Positions 14,965 through 28,316 are shown, numbered from the stretch's first letter. The stretch: 38,778 bases of DNA from Pelomyxa schiedti (GCA_020536535.1 JAHLWZ010000557.1:1-38778), one strand, 5' to 3'. Numbers and translations are program-made. The notes: a model not told the origin generated them from the letters alone.

Positions 14965-17900
14965 ATGGCGATGCACGCCTTGCAACGACTATCTGTTCGT
15001 GTTACCAACCCCCTGGCGTTGTCCAATCAGGCCTCTTCATCTCCACTTGGATCCCCACCAAACTCGGCCTCTGCACAGCCATCGTTGTCGACAGGGGCGG
15101 CAAGCGGCGGGAAGTTGTTGTTGGGCAGGCTCCCTGGCCAACCTGCAAAAAAGGTTCTTCTTCTCTTGGGTTTTGTCTTGTGTGACTTTGGTTTGTAATT
15201 CACATCAGGCAAAACCTAGTGGCACAGTGCCTGCTGGGGGACCACCATTAACGGCTTTGGCGCCACATCATACAGCAGCTTTGATGGGGAATAGATCCGC
15301 ATATCCAATTTTTTTGGACCTGAGTCCTGCACAGTTCAATTTGCAGTCCTCAACCTTTCTTTCTGATTCTGGAAATGTCTTTAAAGAGTGAATTCCTGCA
15401 CTTTTTTTTTGTATATGGCTTACTTTTCTAAAGGATAGATTTCACTGGTAACTCTCTGCAGCATATGCAAGGCTTTGACAAACTCAGCAAACTCAAGGTC
15501 CTTACACTCACCAGAAACGCAATCTCTTCTACCGACTTCAGAGGTCTAAATGGCCTCGAATATCTGTCCCTCAAGATTAACCGCATCACCACACTCACGG
15601 ATATGTCATCTTTATCCAAGCTGGTTAACATAGATCTCAGCTACAATAGGATTTCTGGTTAGTTCCAACTAAGGGAAAACATATTTACCAGAAAGCAGGT
15701 GGCTTTGAAGAACTAGCCAAACTGAAAAACCTCCGCGTTCTTGACCTCTCTCACAATAAAATTTCCATGTCATTGCCTCAGTTTTATACGTAAATTTAAT
15801 TCTTTTGGGGAAGTAGCAAAGTAATAATGTGCCATTAGGCAAGTTATGGTTCATCTGCGCAATATCCCTCGACTAGAGTATCTTTCTTTCGAAGGAAACC
15901 CTGTTGAAAATGAGATTCGCTTCTTTCAACAATACATTTTGTCAGAACTCCCCAAGTTGCGCTTTTTCAATTGGGCACCCGTCTCTAAGCAAGTTTGTTT
16001 ACTTGCAGTGTCAGTTTAATTCCAATTTATCAAAAAGGAAGTGGATAAGGCTATGGCTTTAGATGGGCAGAATGCATGGGGACAGAAATTGATGGTATGG
16101 CAAAGGCTCCCTATTTTATTCTCACCTCAATAAACTTGCTCAGACTGCTACAATTCCAAGTCGACCAACATGTATACCTCAATTTAGAAGCAGTTACAAT
16201 TTTAATTTGCAATAGCCACAACACCTGAAGAACACATTCAGCCAACACCAAGTAAAACCGCAACCAAAGAGATGTCTAACTCTGAATCCTTGGAGTCCTT
16301 GTTGTCGGAAATTGGACAAATGGGGCTTCTAGACTCCTCTGGTACACATTCTGCTCTTCGTTGTCCTTTATTGACTTTTGCTCAGATCTGAAAGTGGTAC
16401 TTCTTTGCTGCTATCCTCAGTACTTACTGATTTTACACAAATAAGCCTCCTCCACCACAACGATCAAGATTAGAAGTTGATATGGGGCTTGAGGCACTCG
16501 ATGTTGATGACCAGTTGATGCTATCTGATTTATTAGATCATCTCCTGGCTGGTGGAGGTCTTTATTATCCCTTTTTGCCTCAAAATGACGAAATAATAAG
16601 ATCCCTTCAAAGATGGACCTTATGATCCGCATCAGGCAAATGCCACTGCAACAGTTCCACAAACTCCTACTCCTAATCCCACTTTGTCACCTACTTCAAC
16701 CCCCCCTCAGACATCACCACGTGCTTCAACCACCACTACACCTCTTCCTTCAAATTCCATTCCTCCACCCATTGTAACACCTCCGCAAGATGAAATACCT
16801 CCGCCACCACTCAGCGACATGCCTCCTCCCCCCGTTATCGCCCCTCCTGTTGCTGCTCCAGTGTCCACAAGCATTACACCCCCCTCACTATCAACTATGT
16901 CACCTCTTCCAGTAGCTGCGCCTACCTTGTCATTCCCGGTTGCTCTTATTTCTGTTCATTGTGACCAAAGTGAAGTATCTCCAAGGAGAAGCACACAACG
17001 CTCAACTAGCAGAGAGCCGTCAACTTCTCCAATGAGGGGAAGGTCTCCATCCAATCCAATCAGGGAAAGGTCTCCATCTAATCCCGTCAGAGAGATATCA
17101 CCATCTCCAATGAAAGATATACTATCACCAAGCCCAAGGGAAATCTCCCCATCTCCGATGAGAGATGTGCTCTCCACAAGGGACCGATCTCCATCCAACC
17201 CCATCAGACCCACAGTTAATGCACCACCACCAGGGAATACACAACCACCAGCCTCAACTCAACGGCAATCGCAGCCTTCTCGTCCAACTTGGGTGGTGGG
17301 CCCTGCTCAATTTGTAGTTGGAGAGAAGCTGGGTGGGGGTGCTACTGGAGAGACCTACCGTGGTACAGTTGGCAGTAGAAAAGTAGTGGTAAAAAAGATC
17401 AGGCCTCAACCAGCTACTGATAATGAGAAGCAACGATTCCAGCAGGAAATGGATAAACTACGGTAGACATCTATGAGGGAAACCTACTAAGTAAAAGTAG
17501 AGTCTTGCGACATGATAATATTATTCCTGTACCTCTTTATTGCTTAGAGACTCCAGTTTCTTACCTCTCGATGATGGTTGAGGGCCAAAGCTTAGATAAG
17601 CTAATCGCAACTAGTAGATCTATGGTGTGCTTGTTGATTAAGTTGAAGGCCTTTAATACAATTAGACACCTCAAATTTGTCTCCACATAGCAAAGGGAAT
17701 TGCTAATGGCATGAAATTCTTACACAATAACGATGTTGTTCATGGGCTTTTCAAGCCACAGGATGTGATTGTACTAGCCTTGGTTTATCTATACTTTTCA
17801 TTAATCTTTCTCATGCAGGTTGACTCGCAATATCACCCAAGAATAAGAGACTTTGGGTTAGCATCATTGAAATCATCGAATCACCGTGACTGTGCGTCAT

Positions 17901-20669
17901 TTGAGTTGCAATATCTACCAACTGATGTCTTTGATGAAAGTTGGATCCAGATGGATAAACTAACAGATGTCTACAGCTATGGAATTGTACTGAATTGAAG
18001 AATTAAGTGAGATTTTAATTTAAACAAGGTTATATGGGAATTATTCGAAAGTGGATTTCCACCTGGCAAAAAACCAGAACCACAAGAACGCCCACTAGAA
18101 CTCTCTTTCACCTACACTCCCTCATGTTTCGTTGATCTTATCAAGGACTGCACAGGCCAACGTGAAAGGAGACCAACTTTCGATTCCATTATTTCCTATA
18201 TTGAGCAACATGTACCCTTCCATTGTTTTGACAGTATTTCCAATCTAGTGATAATTTGGATATTAAAGGAGATTCTACATCCACAGGTAGTAAGAACAAA
18301 ATAGATCAATAACTCTTAACATCTCGACCCCAGAGCAGGCTTTGAAATTGGAAGCTGCAATTCACAAATTGAGTCTACTTCTGCAATCTTCGACTGAAAA
18401 AGAAAAAACAATAGCACTAAAAGCACTCCAATCAAGCAAAAATCGTATTTCTTCTCATTTCACCGTTTTCTTTTACCAGTGAGTTCCCAGAAACATACAT
18501 TTCATCACTTGTAAATGGCGGATTGTTAACACACATTATTAATACCACAACATGTGGAATGGACAGTGTCGTGGAAATGGCTTTGCAAATCTTAATTGAA
18601 TATGCAAAAATAAGTATATGTTAACAATACCTGCTGCTGTTTTAAAAATAACAAAGAATCTGCTTCACGATACTTTATCCAGGCTGGTGTTTTTTCCATA
18701 ATTGGCCAACTCTATCAACACCAAGCAAATCCCATCTTAATCTATGTATTGAATCTTACATCCCTCCTTGTGAAGAATGGTTTTTTTTGCCCTCCTTCTC
18801 TTCTTTTGTCATTTCACTTAGATGCCTTGAAAGAAAGCTTGATATCGTCATATTCCCATAACATATTTCAGCTACTCAAGCATCCTGATCAAGTTGTTCG
18901 CTCTAATGCCACTTCCGTTTGTGCGAGACTATTAAAATCAGGTAACCTTCCAAGGTTTCACAAATGGATTTTGACGAAACAAAATAGAGCACGGTAGGAA
19001 GGAGCTTTACGATCAAAAAATGATACCATCATTGATGAATTTAATTGAAAACGACGAACCCGTTGTGAGACTTTATGCCCTACCTTGTCTTGCATGCATG
19101 CTTGGCTATTGTATGCGGTCTATACAGCAATTGGAACAATCTGACAATAAATGTATAGGGGTTGCCATTCCTACGTTACTACAGCTAGGTGCTGCTGACA
19201 GATTTTTCCAAATGTTGCACGAGCACAGTGAGTTGATGCAACTAACAGGCGCGCGCTGTGCGTCAAAGTTCACAGGGAGTGGTATTCTCAAAATTCATTC
19301 GACCCCTTTCTCATCTTTCGTGTCAATAAGCACAACTTTTGCAAACCATTGATGTCCCATCGTGGATCACTGCACTTCTTCACCTGCTGGGAGCCAAGAA
19401 TGACAAAATCAAACAGCATACGTGCTCCGCACTTGCTAATCTCGCAACAACTGGTATTCCCTCTTGCAGAATTACTGGATAAAACCATTAACCTCCCTAT
19501 TAAGAGGAGTATGCTGATATTGTTGAGTCGGCTGGAGGACTACAGCTTATTCTTGAATTTTTGTCCACAAAATATGAGAAACTTTTAGTGGCTGCACTAC
19601 AGCTTTTGGCCAAGCTGCTCGCATGTGGTAAGTTAGCTCCTCACTTGGCAATCTTTATTTACTTTCTGTAGCGAGTTGCAGAGATTCTTTTAGAGATATG
19701 GATGGCCTTTCCGCCCTAGTTAGCATTCTTAGATCCAGTAGTAGTAGAGCACCTGTTCAAAGTGCTTCCATGCAAGTCTTTTATAGCCTTTCTCTAGATG
19801 GTAGGAAAAAGTCTAACTAGTAAAACCTCCCTGCTGATCTGTATTAGACCAGTGGATTGAAATAATTGCTGAAGCTGGTGTCATACCCTCTTTTGTAAGA
19901 CAGATGTGTGCTGCAGTGCACAGACAAAAAATTACAAAACTTCTGGTTACACTCAAGCTTGTCAGTGCCCTGGCCCAAGGCTCCCCATTGGCACTAACAC
20001 CTCTTCGGGATTCTGGTTGTATAGAACAACTACTGGACATCCTCAAGTATAACTCTACTAGTAGTAAACGATTTATTTTATTAAAATATCACAGGAACCC
20101 CCCGCAAGATTCTGTCACTGGTACTATTGTATTCGAAGCAGGGACTGCCTTGACAGGCCTGCTAAGCTCTGGTAGCTCTCTACATTGCGTTCGCAAGTAA
20201 TCAACTTTTCCTAGAGGAAGACAGGAAAGCTATCGTAGCCTACGGTGGAATGCAAGTTACCTTGGAGTTATTGAAACACCCCACACTTGCAGAGCCACTG
20301 TTACGAAAAATATCTAACATCTGCCGAGAAGGTTTTCGCGCTACTATATTTTATTTCTAATTCAGCCACAGCCGATATGCCTAAATTGATGATGGAGCAT
20401 CAAGGATTGCAACATATCATCGGGGTTCTGTCTTCTCCAGTGCCTGTCATGCAATCACTGTCACTAAAGACTTTGCTCCTGCTAGCACAAAGTTTGTTTT
20501 ACGTTCCATTCCCTCCGCATTAACTCCGCTCCCCCGTACAGCCAAGGAGATAAAAATGACACTGAAAACGATGGAAGTCAAAGGGGTTCTGGAAAAGGTG
20601 GAACAAGTTTCTGCCGTACCAGCCATCAAAATCGCTGCCCAGCACGCAGTGAAAGCACTCAGCCTGTAA
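14965..20669 (+). CDS. Large multi-exon LRR - Pro/Ser-rich linker - TKL-like pseudokinase - armadillo-repeat protein
   Basis: LRRs (LSKLKVLTLTRNAIS, LNGLEYLSLKINRIT) and an LRR cap (GNPVE...YILSELPKL). Kinase motifs LGGGATG, VVVK, HGLFKPQD, DFG and DVYSYGI. ARM-like repeats (AGVIPSFVRQM, SGCIEQLLDIL, GGMQVTLELL) run to the TAA at 20667-20669. Confidence 0.85.
17020..17210 (+). repeat. Degenerate coding tandem repeat (RSPSNP[IV]R[EP] x3; ISPSPM[KR]D x2)
   Basis: Visible in ORF 16684..17466 and as recurring tctccatc(c/t)aa(t/c)cc units. Confidence 0.8.
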
Positions 20670-20783
20670 ACCACACAGAGTACTGGGTCTAAGTTACCCA
20701 GGAACAGAGGAACAAGAAAATAGACAACACTCATCATTTCACAACTGTTGTGTTTAAAGAAACTCAATACAGAAGAAAACGCT

Positions 20784-21856
20784 TCACGTCAAAGACTGTG
20801 TTGTTGCAGCCACCACAGACCGTGCCGATTCAATCGCCACCACCCACTTTTGACGGTCCTCGGCTGAAGAGGCTCTCACACACAACTTGCTTGTATCTTT
20901 TTGGTTTTTGGTGTTAGGTTGTCTTCGGTTAAATTCATACATACTATTGTGTGATTTTTTTTTTTTTTTTTTGGGATACACATACTGCTAGTAACTACGA
21001 AATCCGTCTTGTCCTCTGTGGTGATGGTGCATATGCTCTTCAACAGGATTTCAGCTGTCTTCTCGGCCGTGCCAGTAGACATGTGTGCAGAATCCTTCCC
21101 AGACTGAACAGGACGAAGAACCTACACATACATCAGATACAAATCATCCCTCAATTGCTGGCATTCATTAATCACAGAAAGGACATTACGTATTTTGTTA
21201 TTGTAGTTATCAACCAAGCAAAACAAACAAGCAACCAAGCAAGCAACCTTCTCAATGCGGAAAGTAGCGAGCCTGTCCTTGAGCAGCATCAAATACCTTG
21301 TTTGCCACAGCACTCCCCCGGTTGTAGCAGCACACCCAGGGGCGGGGGTCGCCAGGCTCGACGTCTTGACCTTGACGTACCCCCTCACCAAGCAGCTGTT
21401 GACCGCGAACGGCTGGTTCTCCTCCAGCAGCCCCAGCGTCGTGGCGTCGTCGACCACAATGTCGCTCTGTGCCCCGCACCCGCACGCGTGCCCCGGCTGC
21501 TGTTGGTGTTGATTGTCATGTTGTTGTGCACGTACCCGCCTGGTGGGTTGTTGGCTGGTACTGGATGCCTGTTGTTGATGTTGTTGTTCCTGCTGCTGAG
21601 AGACCGACCTTGTTGTGGTTGTTGTAGCAGTAGTAGTTGTTGCGGAGGATGAAACTGATTGGCTTGTTGGGGTTGAGGACGAGCCAAACGGCGTTTCGTT
21701 GTGCGTGCCTGTTGATGGGTGTTGATTGGCTTCCACGAAATCGATGCTACCTGGTGGTCTGGGCCCAGAACAAGGTTGATGTTAGAGAAGGGGGTTCTTG
21801 TCAGAAAAACTTGCTTGCCTCTTTCTTGGAGTGCTAACGATGTCTCCCTTGTCCAT
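20784..21856 (-). CDS. PH-domain protein with T/Q-rich N-terminus
   Basis: VRGYVKVK...WQTRYLMLLKDRLATF...LCVRASSAEDRQKWVVAIESA is a canonical PH pattern. The ATG at 21856 is joined by an in-frame, stop-containing intron. Confidence 0.85.
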
Positions 21857-21982
21857 TGTGCTTTGTTTTTATTTCCTTTATGGTTGTTGAGGATTGATAG
21901 TGGTGTTTACTACACCTGACATCAAGTTTGTTTTTTTTTACGGGGTATGTTATGAAGGGTTACTTCTTTTTGATTTGGGTGT

Positions 21983-23256
21983 TTACAGGGAGGAATTCAT
22001 GCCGATACTTGGTGCTGGTAAGTTGCCGGGGGGAGGGGGTGGTGTCATTCCCTGTGGGTGTGCGGCGCCCATGGAGGCCACTTGCAAAGCTTGCATGGCT
22101 TGCAGTGAGAAGGTCATTGGGTTGACCATTGGGGTAAAAGGCATGCTCATTGGAACTACTTCAAAGTAAGAAGGAACGAGAAGGAAAAGTGAAAGAAAAT
22201 ACCGGTAGGAACTGAGGGTGGAACCAAAGGAAGGAAGGGTCGTTGAAGTATAGCCTGTGCTGCTGAAGGAGCTGGAGGCTGGAAAAGTGGGCTTGGTCTG
22301 GCAAGAAGCCTTGATTGCTTGTTGCTTGCGGCTAAGAGTCTCTCTGGGTACGGTTGAGTGAAAAATGACTGGGGTTGGAGGAGGGTAATTTACCAGCCTG
22401 GCTTCCGTGACGTTCACCCTTGGAATCTTTCTTATAGGCATAGGTAACAGTGATGGGTCTATTTGCTTTGGGTAAATCAGATCCCCAAGAGAAATGGGTG
22501 GGGTGTGTGGTGGATGCAGAAGGAAGTGAGACTGGTTTCTTTTCTGTACCTGTTACACAAAAACTGATTATTCATTGCTTCAATTGCTGCATCAGATGCT
22601 TCAAAACTGTCAAAACTTACAAAGCCAAAGCCACGTGAAATTCCTGTATCTGGGTCACGCATTATCTACAGTGAAGTTATAGGCTGAAATAACTTTGTGA
22701 CAAAGTTACCTTTGGAGTAGAAATGATAATTCCGAATGAAGAAAAGGTATCATATAACAACTTCTCGTCGACATCGGGGTCCAAGTTGCCAATGAACAAA
22801 TTGGCACCAACATCAAGGACTTTCTTATTCTGGGACGCCTGCAGGATGAAAGCCGTGTAAGATCAAATAATATGTACTCTTGAAGTGTACTTTATTGACG
22901 CGGATTGGCTTCCCAAAGAGTTTCACCATGTTCATTATCTTTATGGCATAATCGGCATCAACCTCGGCATTGAACTCGACGAAACCGAAACCAGTGTGTT
23001 GCTGAGAAAGCTTATCCTTCGGGATATGGACATTTACTGCACCGTTGTTTGTTTTTGTTAGTTACGAAGGCGCAAAAAAAAAGGAAAAAAAAAAAAGAAA
23101 AGAAAAAAAAACATATTTAGTTAATGGCACACCGACAGGGCCAGCTTGCAAGAAAAGTTCCCACAATAGTGCTTCGTTGACCTGTGTGTCCAAGTCACCC
23201 ACGTACACCGTCGCATCTTGGTTACGCTCCTGCGGAACACCTCCGTAACTACCCAT
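21983..23256 (-). CDS. SF3B4: Splicing factor 3B subunit 4 (SAP49/Hsh49): two RRMs plus proline-rich tail
   Basis: [87 protein letters not shown] and [14 protein letters not shown]. Confidence 0.97.
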
Positions 23257-23455
23257 TGGTTATTCCTCGTGTGTATGTGGTTGTTGTGGCACCGGTGGCG
23301 TGTATCACGATGAACCTTGGTTTTTGTTGTTGTTTTGGGTCCTATTCCAGATCTGCAGTTGATCTGTCAGCTGAATATTCCCTCCGGAACTCCCAGCTTG
23401 CCACAAGAGACTCCCCCTATGCGTCACCACTCTTAGCTTATGTTGGTTCCAGTTG

Positions 23456-25396
23456 ATGTCTTGTTCACCTGATGGTCCTTGGGTGGGACCCTCTTCTGGT
23501 AACAACGAGAAAAAACAAAAAAAAAAACGGCAACGGACAGTGGGGAACCGTCGTGGTCGGCCAAGCACGCCCGACAACAAGCGTTGCTCGAGGCAGCAGT
23601 GACAACAAATCCGGCAACTGCTGTCACCACAAGAAGGCATTCCCCTGCTCCTCGTCCCACTCCATAGATTCCTGGAATTCCTACTCACTCTCCAAATAAA
23701 ATCCTTTGTTGCATCGGTGGTGGGTTTTGGTTTTTTGTTTGTGTTGAAAAAAAACAGGGCTTTCTGGGCCTGCCAGCCGCAATTCCCGGATTGCGACTTC
23801 TTCGATGCAAATACGAGCAATGCACTAGAGACTGAATACGCATCTACGACTCTTCCGCACCCCGAGGTGCCTGCCTCATGCCGGTCGCGTAAAATGCTCT
23901 GTGACCTGAACTTCATGTGTGCCACAAATCCAGGTCAGAGTCTCCCCATTTAATTTATCGAGTCTTTACAATCCCTCCTCAGCGGTAAATCCCAAACCTT
24001 TTCCTTTAAGGAGGCATGTTGTAACACGTGTATTTCAACCTTCGTACACAACGTCAACTACTGTCTCTTTTTCTGTATGTGGATGACAACTGAAGCATTC
24101 ATTCACAGTTTTCAAACAGATTGAAGAAGATCACGGTCTAGAAATGTTACCTGGAGAAATGTGGCTTTTCCCTCTCCCTCCATGGACACAGTAATCCAAG
24201 CATAGTCCTTCCATTTGCTCAGCATTTCAAAATGCAGCGCATTGCAGCTACGCCATATTACATTGATTCACCGGAAAGATTCGAAGTTTAGTACAAATAC
24301 AGATGAGTCAGAGTGGGATACCCATGGTATGAACCTAGTACCTGTTTCTTTACCGAACCCCTCATAAGGAGCATACACTCTTCTTCAAATGAAGTTGTGT
24401 GGCAAGGATAATTGGGTGATTTGGCATTGCGAAATGACTGGCCATAGCTCCAAGTATTTCAGAGTAGTAAATAATCATATTTACAAGCAAATAGGTACGC
24501 AGAACTTCGGCTTCCAGATCGACCAGAACATGAAGATTTATACGACCTCCAAGCTTCTATTCGTGGGAATATTGACATGTTGTCCTGGACAAATGTTGCC
24601 GACTTCCATCCAATGTCTGTGGCCAACATTCATGGTTTGACAGTCCAGTTTTTCCGCCCGGAGCGTGTATGTCATGTCCAACAGCTCATATGGACCCCTG
24701 GAACTGAGTTTGTGGATTTGGTATTGGGAAGCTTCTTTCTACAAACATTATTGACTAGCTTCACAGGAAAAACGGATTTTTGAGCCGAAGTACGGTGGTG
24801 GATATGCCTGGAGTGCCTCAATGAGCCCAAAAGCAGAACAGCTATTACGTGCCCACGGTGTCTATCCATCGGCTGTGGAATTGGGGACGTACCACCCACA
24901 GGACCCCCACCCAGAAGAGAAACGCACACTGGAAACATTTGGCGTGTACTTTGACGAGTTCGGAGCAATGCACGTTCCACTAGAACCAGGTCGCGTTCTT
25001 GGATGTGTCACAGTGTCTCTCGGTGATACATTTTATGATATGACCAAGCCACCTGAGGCTCAGAAAAACAACAACGGCCACATTGGCAGATTAGGCTGGG
25101 CCAAACTTTGGGTGAGACTCTCCAACACGATCAGTGGAAATACTGGTGCAGTACTGCCTTCCCGCGGCATAATTTCTGACTTGGGAGCTAACGTGGGTGA
25201 CCCATCACCCTACACCTACTTCATGGTCAATGTGAATGTTCCTCCCCAAGGAGCCATGAGCGGTGGTCCCGCTAAGATCCACCACACAGTCGTGGCGGGG
25301 GATGAAGCCGTACTTGAGAGCCGGTTGCACCCCTCATGGATCATGGGCATACACATACAGTATATAAATCCAGGCACTAAAATGTTTTTCTTCTGA
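23456..25396 (+). CDS. Uncharacterised spliced protein with degenerate WWE-like N-terminal domain and unknown globular C-terminal region; start uncertain
   Basis: FWACQ...FFDANTSNALETEY...MLCDLNFMCATNP...PLRR fits the WWE pattern. Exons chain in frame through short GT-AG introns to ORF 24821..25396. Confidence 0.6.
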
Positions 25397-25488
25397 AAAC
25401 TTAACAAAGATATGGGTTTTTCCTTTTCTTTTTTTTTTTTTCCCCCTTATCATACATTACGGCATTATTGGAAATTTGTGCCCGGAGA

Positions 25489-26548
25489 TCACAAGCCTCT
25501 CCAGTATGTGCTTAACTCCTGTGTGGTTCCATTCCAACTTTCCAAAGTATTCACAATGACAAGAACCCAGGCACACATTGGGCCAGAATTCTCAGATTCC
25601 ACAGCCCGGGACCAGCCATCAGGCCTGAGAATGCTCCTTGGTACCAGAAGGCAACAGGTAAAGTGGCCAAGGAAGTCTGCTACAAACACTGTGCAATCTG
25701 GTGCTTCATCAACACAGTGCCGAGACACCCAGTCTTGAATATGGTACAATGAGGGTGAAGGAAACACCCCGAAAGGAGAAGGTTTCTCTGCGGGCACAAG
25801 TTGCACCCCCGATTCCTGTGATACACTTCCTTGTTGCTCATTTGATGTCGGGGTAATGGACTGTGGCTGTTCCTCAGCAAAGAGAAAAGTTCCATCCGCC
25901 CTGAATGATTCCTCTTCCGCCAAACAGGCTACCTCCAAGTCATCCAGGTCGTCCCAGAAGTCATCATTTACACCAGGCCTCCTCCACACAGCGCGAACGA
26001 ATGACATCTCACCAGCATGGTCCGATGTAGACATCGCCCTGGTGCGGACATATGCACTCACTTCATATATTGCCACTGCCGGACTGTTGGGGTCATCCCC
26101 TGCTGCCAAATGTGAGGCCTGCGGCTTTGGAGTGGTCACTCCCCCAGTCACTGTCTGTGAGGAATTCTGAAGGAATGGTTGCAGTGTTGTGCGGATTGAT
26201 GCCACCTTCGCCACAGCCTCCTCGTATTTGCCCCAGAATTCCTCGGTCTCAGTTATATCCTTGAGTGCCTGAGCAGATACCTCCCTGTTTTCATAGACAC
26301 GAAGTTCTTCAGTTAGTAACCCCTCATTAGTGCGCAATAACAAGCACAAACACAAGCAATACAGTCAGGTGCTACCTAAGAGGATGAGCCAAAAGGTACT
26401 CAGCCATAGCCAGCGACAGGTATCCACATACCAAGTGCGTTGTGTGGTGTTTCTCAACTAACTCCAATACTCTGCTGTGGTGCACTTGAGACAGCACCTC
26501 TACTTGTACAACCGTTGGTTGGTTCACTTTTGCTCTGCTACTGTGCAT
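25489..26548 (-). CDS. Uncharacterised protein with putative papain-like Cys-His-Asn triad
   Basis: Exon 1 MHSS...LSQ...LVCGYLSLAMA joins ORF 25489..26355 through a phase-2 intron. That ORF contains VFVADFLGHFTCC and LVIVNTL. Confidence 0.65.
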
Positions 26549-26796
26549 TTCTTTTGCTTCACCTTTACATTTTGTTTTAGTTTGTTTGGCTATGAAAACT
26601 TCGAGGAAAAAAAAAGGCCAGTTGGTGCAATCGAACCTGTTGTGGTTCGTGAAACAATTGTTTGGTGGAAATGAGGGATTGAAGTGTCGTTGTGTTACAG
26701 AGCAGAGTTTAAAGCAGCAAAATTAACGCAATTATAAAAACAACAACGGTAAGGATAACAAGAACCCACTTCTTTGGGAGGTACCTGGGGTAGTGG

Positions 26797-28099
26797 TTAA
26801 CGGATGGTAATTGGGTGGAAGTTGTACGCAGCAAGGTTGAAGTAACTCAGCATAAGCATAAAAGCATGGAATAACGCTCTCATGAAGTCAACAAATGCTC
26901 TCCACACACCCGCTTCTCCTGCTGCAACTGCCATTTCTTTAGCTGCACCAGTTGCCACACCTTTGGCAGTTCTTGCAAATGCGAAAGACCCTGAATTTCC
27001 CTTTAGTGGCGGTCGTTCGCCGGCAGCAACAGCTGCTGCCCACACCCTCCTCCTGGCACCAGCAAAACGCCTTGCAAATTTGACTGCAGCATCCTCAAAC
27101 TCCTTCAGTTCTGTCCTGGTGTCTCTCAAGGCAGTCATCAACTTTTCTCGCCGTGTGTGCTCCTCCCGCATAGCTAACCACGATTTTCCGACATGCAGTT
27201 GTTCTGGTGTGTAACCTCGGGCAAGATTTCTCTCAACATAGCTATCATAGTCTCTGACGATCTGAAGAATAATATCGCTAGTAGATATTCCTTCAGTGCG
27301 TTTGGTTTCAAGAAACATGCCTCGTTCCTGTTGATGACGTTACAAGTCAGGTACAATATCTATTCCAACCTTGATGTGAGCATAAACATCCCCAATTCCG
27401 GCTGTGATGTAAGGCAGAGCGTCGTGAGCCACAAAATCTATTTTGTATTTTTCAATGAACTCATCTGTAAGAACCCAAGGTGCATCAGGAGCTACCTTTA
27501 AAGCGAGTTGGTGAAGGAACTGCAACCTAAAGGAAAAATCTACCTCATCAACCCACTTGCAGTTTTCAACCGATGCACATCGGGTTTTCCAATCAAAGAC
27601 TGTCTAAGCTCCAATAAGTTAAGGTCCTCACAGAAGAACCAACAGACCCATATACCTTGCCTTTATTCTTCACTGTTAGCTCGTCACTGCATACGCCGGC
27701 AATCTACAAAAGAATTGTGAACCAATGACAAACAAGGATTTAATATTTCAGGTCCTCCAATCAAGCACAGTACTATGCACTACGTACAAGATGGATTTTC
27801 TGTGGATCCCCTAGCGAGAATTTCGCTTGCTTCAGCATCAGCATGTGGCCGATGTGGAATAGATCGAAAATGCCGTCACAATACACCCTGTAAACTCTGC
27901 CCGACGTGTCCGCCTTCGCCGCCGCAACTTTCTCCACCGAAAGCGCCATCGTCGGATCTGGGGTTGTTTCAACTGGCTCACTTTCACTGACATCATTATT
28001 CACAACTGTAGTTGTTGTAGTCGTTGTCGTCGTAACTACAGACGTTGGCGGCGGTGTCGCCTTTTCGGGTTGCTGCTCCTCCTGTGCCATCTGGGACAT
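26797..28099 (-). CDS. PCYT1: Choline-phosphate cytidylyltransferase (CCT)
   Basis: [23 protein letters not shown] (HxGH), [26 protein letters not shown] and [30 protein letters not shown]. One catalytic domain followed by an amphipathic tail. Confidence 0.95.
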
Positions 28100-28316
28100 T
28101 TCGAAGAAAGGACTTTGTTTAGAGTTAGAAGATCTGCTCTCTCAGGAAGCACTTCTAATCTATTTCAGCCTGTCACTCGGATGCAGTTGCTATGGCAGAA
28201 GAGGGAACAAAAGCAATTCCTTGCGTTTATCGCTCATTTTTCGAAAAAGCCTCGTCGGCATCTCGCGTTTATTGTCGGTTCTACGCCCAGAGAGAACTAC
28301 TCATTCTGCAACAAAC
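28100..28316. promoter_or_regulatory. Probable bidirectional promoter between CCT and RACK1
   Basis: 217 nt between divergent ATGs. Contains the palindrome TTTTTCGAAAAA and two GCGTTTAT motifs. Confidence 0.5.
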
